Positions 23,050 through 24,541 of a stretch of 24,541 bases of DNA are shown one piece after another; the stretch's first letter is position 1, and every line of letters starts with the position of its first letter. The stretch is from Candidatus Sigynarchaeum calidifontis (GTDB taxonomy: Archaea; Asgardarchaeota; Lokiarchaeia; Sigyniarchaeales; Sigyniarchaeaceae). The notes under the pieces were generated by a model, which did no database searches, had not been told where the DNA came from, and was given only the letters and a program-made list of their open reading frames with translations. The DNA lies in contig JAUQYZ020000039.1 of NCBI GenBank assembly GCA_030587475.2, forward strand, positions 1 through 24,541, in the 5' to 3' direction. The position numbers and the translations under genes are program-made.

Positions 23050-24439
23050 GTCGAATCTTCGGCATGATGGGGGTATCGAGTTCCACGAAGAAATGAGACG
23101 ATCGGGGGCGCATGCTGGTGAATAGAATAACATCACCTTCGACAGCCTGGAGCTTGGTGTGGGTCGTCGCGATACTCGCGAGCTGGGCCTTGAATTCCGA
23201 ATCGATGCCGGAATGCACGACAGCAAACTCGATCACGTTGGCATTTTTCACGAACTTGGCGTGGTTGAGGATCTGTTTCAACATTCCATCGCTTCGATAA
23301 TCCAGGGAAGTAAATTCGATGATTGAAAACAATGGTGAAAATATTTTTTGGCACGTGAAGGAATCATAGATTTCCATGAAGATCTTGAACAAGTCTTTTT
23401 CTCGATTATCGAGCTGGACGATGTATGGCCGGCATTCCGTGATGACACCGGTTCGTTCTTCCAGCACCCGGAGATTGTTGGCCATCATTTCGGCTTCCAC
23501 GAAAAGAGGAAAATCATTCTTGCCGAGCAATATCGTGTTAATGCCGGTCACGGGGGCGAGAATCACGGCACGATCTTGCCATAGAAAGTTGATGATGGCA
23601 CTTAAGAAGAAATTACACGCCGAGAGTGGCAAGTCTGGGTCTATTTCCATAAGGTTGAACGACGAAAGCTTGAAACATTCGTTATATATCGCGTCTATCT
23701 TTTCGGATCCTGTGGAATATGCCCCGGGAGGGTCCGCGGCGACGATCCACTTGCCGGAATTTTCGATGTCGACGCGCGCCAAGGCGATACCCGCCGTGAA
23801 GCGACCATTGAACAGCGAGAACGGGATCTTCTTGTAGCGCCGCGGCGCACTTGGAAACTTGACGAACTCGAGGAATCGCATCACCCTGCCATCCAGTAGA
23901 TCGTCGTGCAAGGCAAGGATCGCGTCTGCCCGCGACTCGATACCCGTGCACCGCTCGCCGTCTGAGACCAGGAGCAAAGGAGCATCGATTGTATCGCGCA
24001 GTGCTTCTAGAAATGATACATGCTGGCCTTCCGCATCGCCCGGGGGTAGGCCGGATAAAAACGAACCAACATCATCGAGAATGACGAGCGCGTTGGAAAA
24101 AGATGCATCAAGGCCGGAGATCTGGATGGATAGCTCCCGGACACGCTCCGCGAGGGTCGCACGTGCGGTCCCGTTCTGCTTGAGTTGCAACGAAACGTCG
24201 AGCACGGCCAGCGCTTCTTGCTTCACCCACGGAAAACGCTTTTTTATCGCCTCCGAATCTCGCCCAAAGGTGACCAGGATGGCTTTACCGACGATCCTGG
24301 CTATTTCCATGGCCAAGGAAGTTTTTCCCGTACCGGGAGAACCTTTCACGAGGATAATCGTTCTCGGTTCCTTCGCTAACTTGATAATCGCAGAGGGGAG
24401 GCGATTTGGTTCCTTGTTCTGTTCGATCTTGCCTTTCAC
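23033..24439 (-). CDS. GvpD-like / KaiC-RAD55 family two-domain P-loop ATPase
   Basis: Walker A GSPGTGKT, Walker B VILDD, ADAILAL…DGRVMRFLEFVK…FSLFNGRF. Second degenerate domain begins YSTGSEKID. Confidence 0.8.
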   Translation of the reverse strand: MKGKIEQNKEPNRLPSAIIKLAKEPRTIILVKGSPGTGKTSLAMEIARIVGKAILVTFGRDSEAIKKRFPWVKQEALAVLDVSLQLKQNGTARATLAERVRELSIQISGLDASFSNALVILDDVGSFLSGLPPGDAEGQHVSFLEALRDTIDAPLLLVSDGERCTGIESRADAILALHDDLLDGRVMRFLEFVKFPSAPRRYKKIPFSLFNGRFTAGIALARVDIENSGKWIVAADPPGAYSTGSEKIDAIYNECFKLSSFNLMEIDPDLPLSACNFFLSAIINFLWQDRAVILAPVTGINTILLGKNDFPLFVEAEMMANNLRVLEERTGVITECRPYIVQLDNREKDLFKIFMEIYDSFTCQKIFSPLFSIIEFTSLDYRSDGMLKQILNHAKFVKNANVIEFAVVHSGIDSEFKAQLASIATTHTKLQAVEGDVILFTSMRPRSSHFFVELDTPIMPKIRLIPVL

Positions 24440-24513
24440 GTTCTTGACCTTGTAGAGAAATGAATACGACTATTGGTGATCGAAATCTCGGATAGGATGA
24501 TGCTTTACTCCGG

Positions 24514-24532
24514 GAAAAAAAAAAGGTTGGGA
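24514..24532 (-). terminator. U10 tract, probable terminator of a gene outside the window
   Basis: A10 run on the plus strand (T10 on minus) in an intergenic context. Confidence 0.35.
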
Positions 24533-24541
24533 TCGCGAGCA

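Noticed and set aside
17609-24532. TCCCAACCT next to a U-tract at 17609 (+) and 24524-24532 (-)
   Set aside because: Only a 9-mer, with the U-tract on opposite sides; chance cannot be excluded.

Overview
Archaeal chromosomal segment, about 53% GC by spot counts, most likely from an Asgard (Lokiarchaeia/Sigynarchaeia-like) genome. That assignment is an inference from archaeal TATA/SD signals, archaeal tRNA-processing genes, a longin-type protein and a Loki-CTERM-like sorting tail. From left to right: a low-GC islet of unknown genes (~121-1520) whose right edge lies inside a 343-349 aa gene; a 60-aa four-Cys microprotein; a 2-hydroxyacyl-CoA dehydratase-family pair divergent from a methanogenesis marker 16 (ComF-like/DUF39) metalloprotein; a GH38 alpha-mannosidase; a small coiled-coil protein; a surface 7-blade beta-propeller; a putative UPF0282-UPF0280-MrfB-like-MrfA-like operon divergent from a NikR-fold regulator with a palindromic operator; a 438-bp hairpin- and repeat-rich spacer between convergent genes; a non-catalytic tRNA-splicing endonuclease subunit; hycI, mtnA, a GNAT, a longin plus RHH-like protein, rpiA, trmY and a GvpD/KaiC-like ATPase. 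I found no rRNA, tRNA, CRISPR array, integrase or transposase. The best leads are the ComF-like/dehydratase divergon (with a UPF0280 sulfur-relay gene nearby), the longin-RHH fusion, the candidate ncRNA spacer, the NikR-like regulator with altered ligands, and the mosaic low-GC islet. All family calls come from motif recognition by eye, not database searches.
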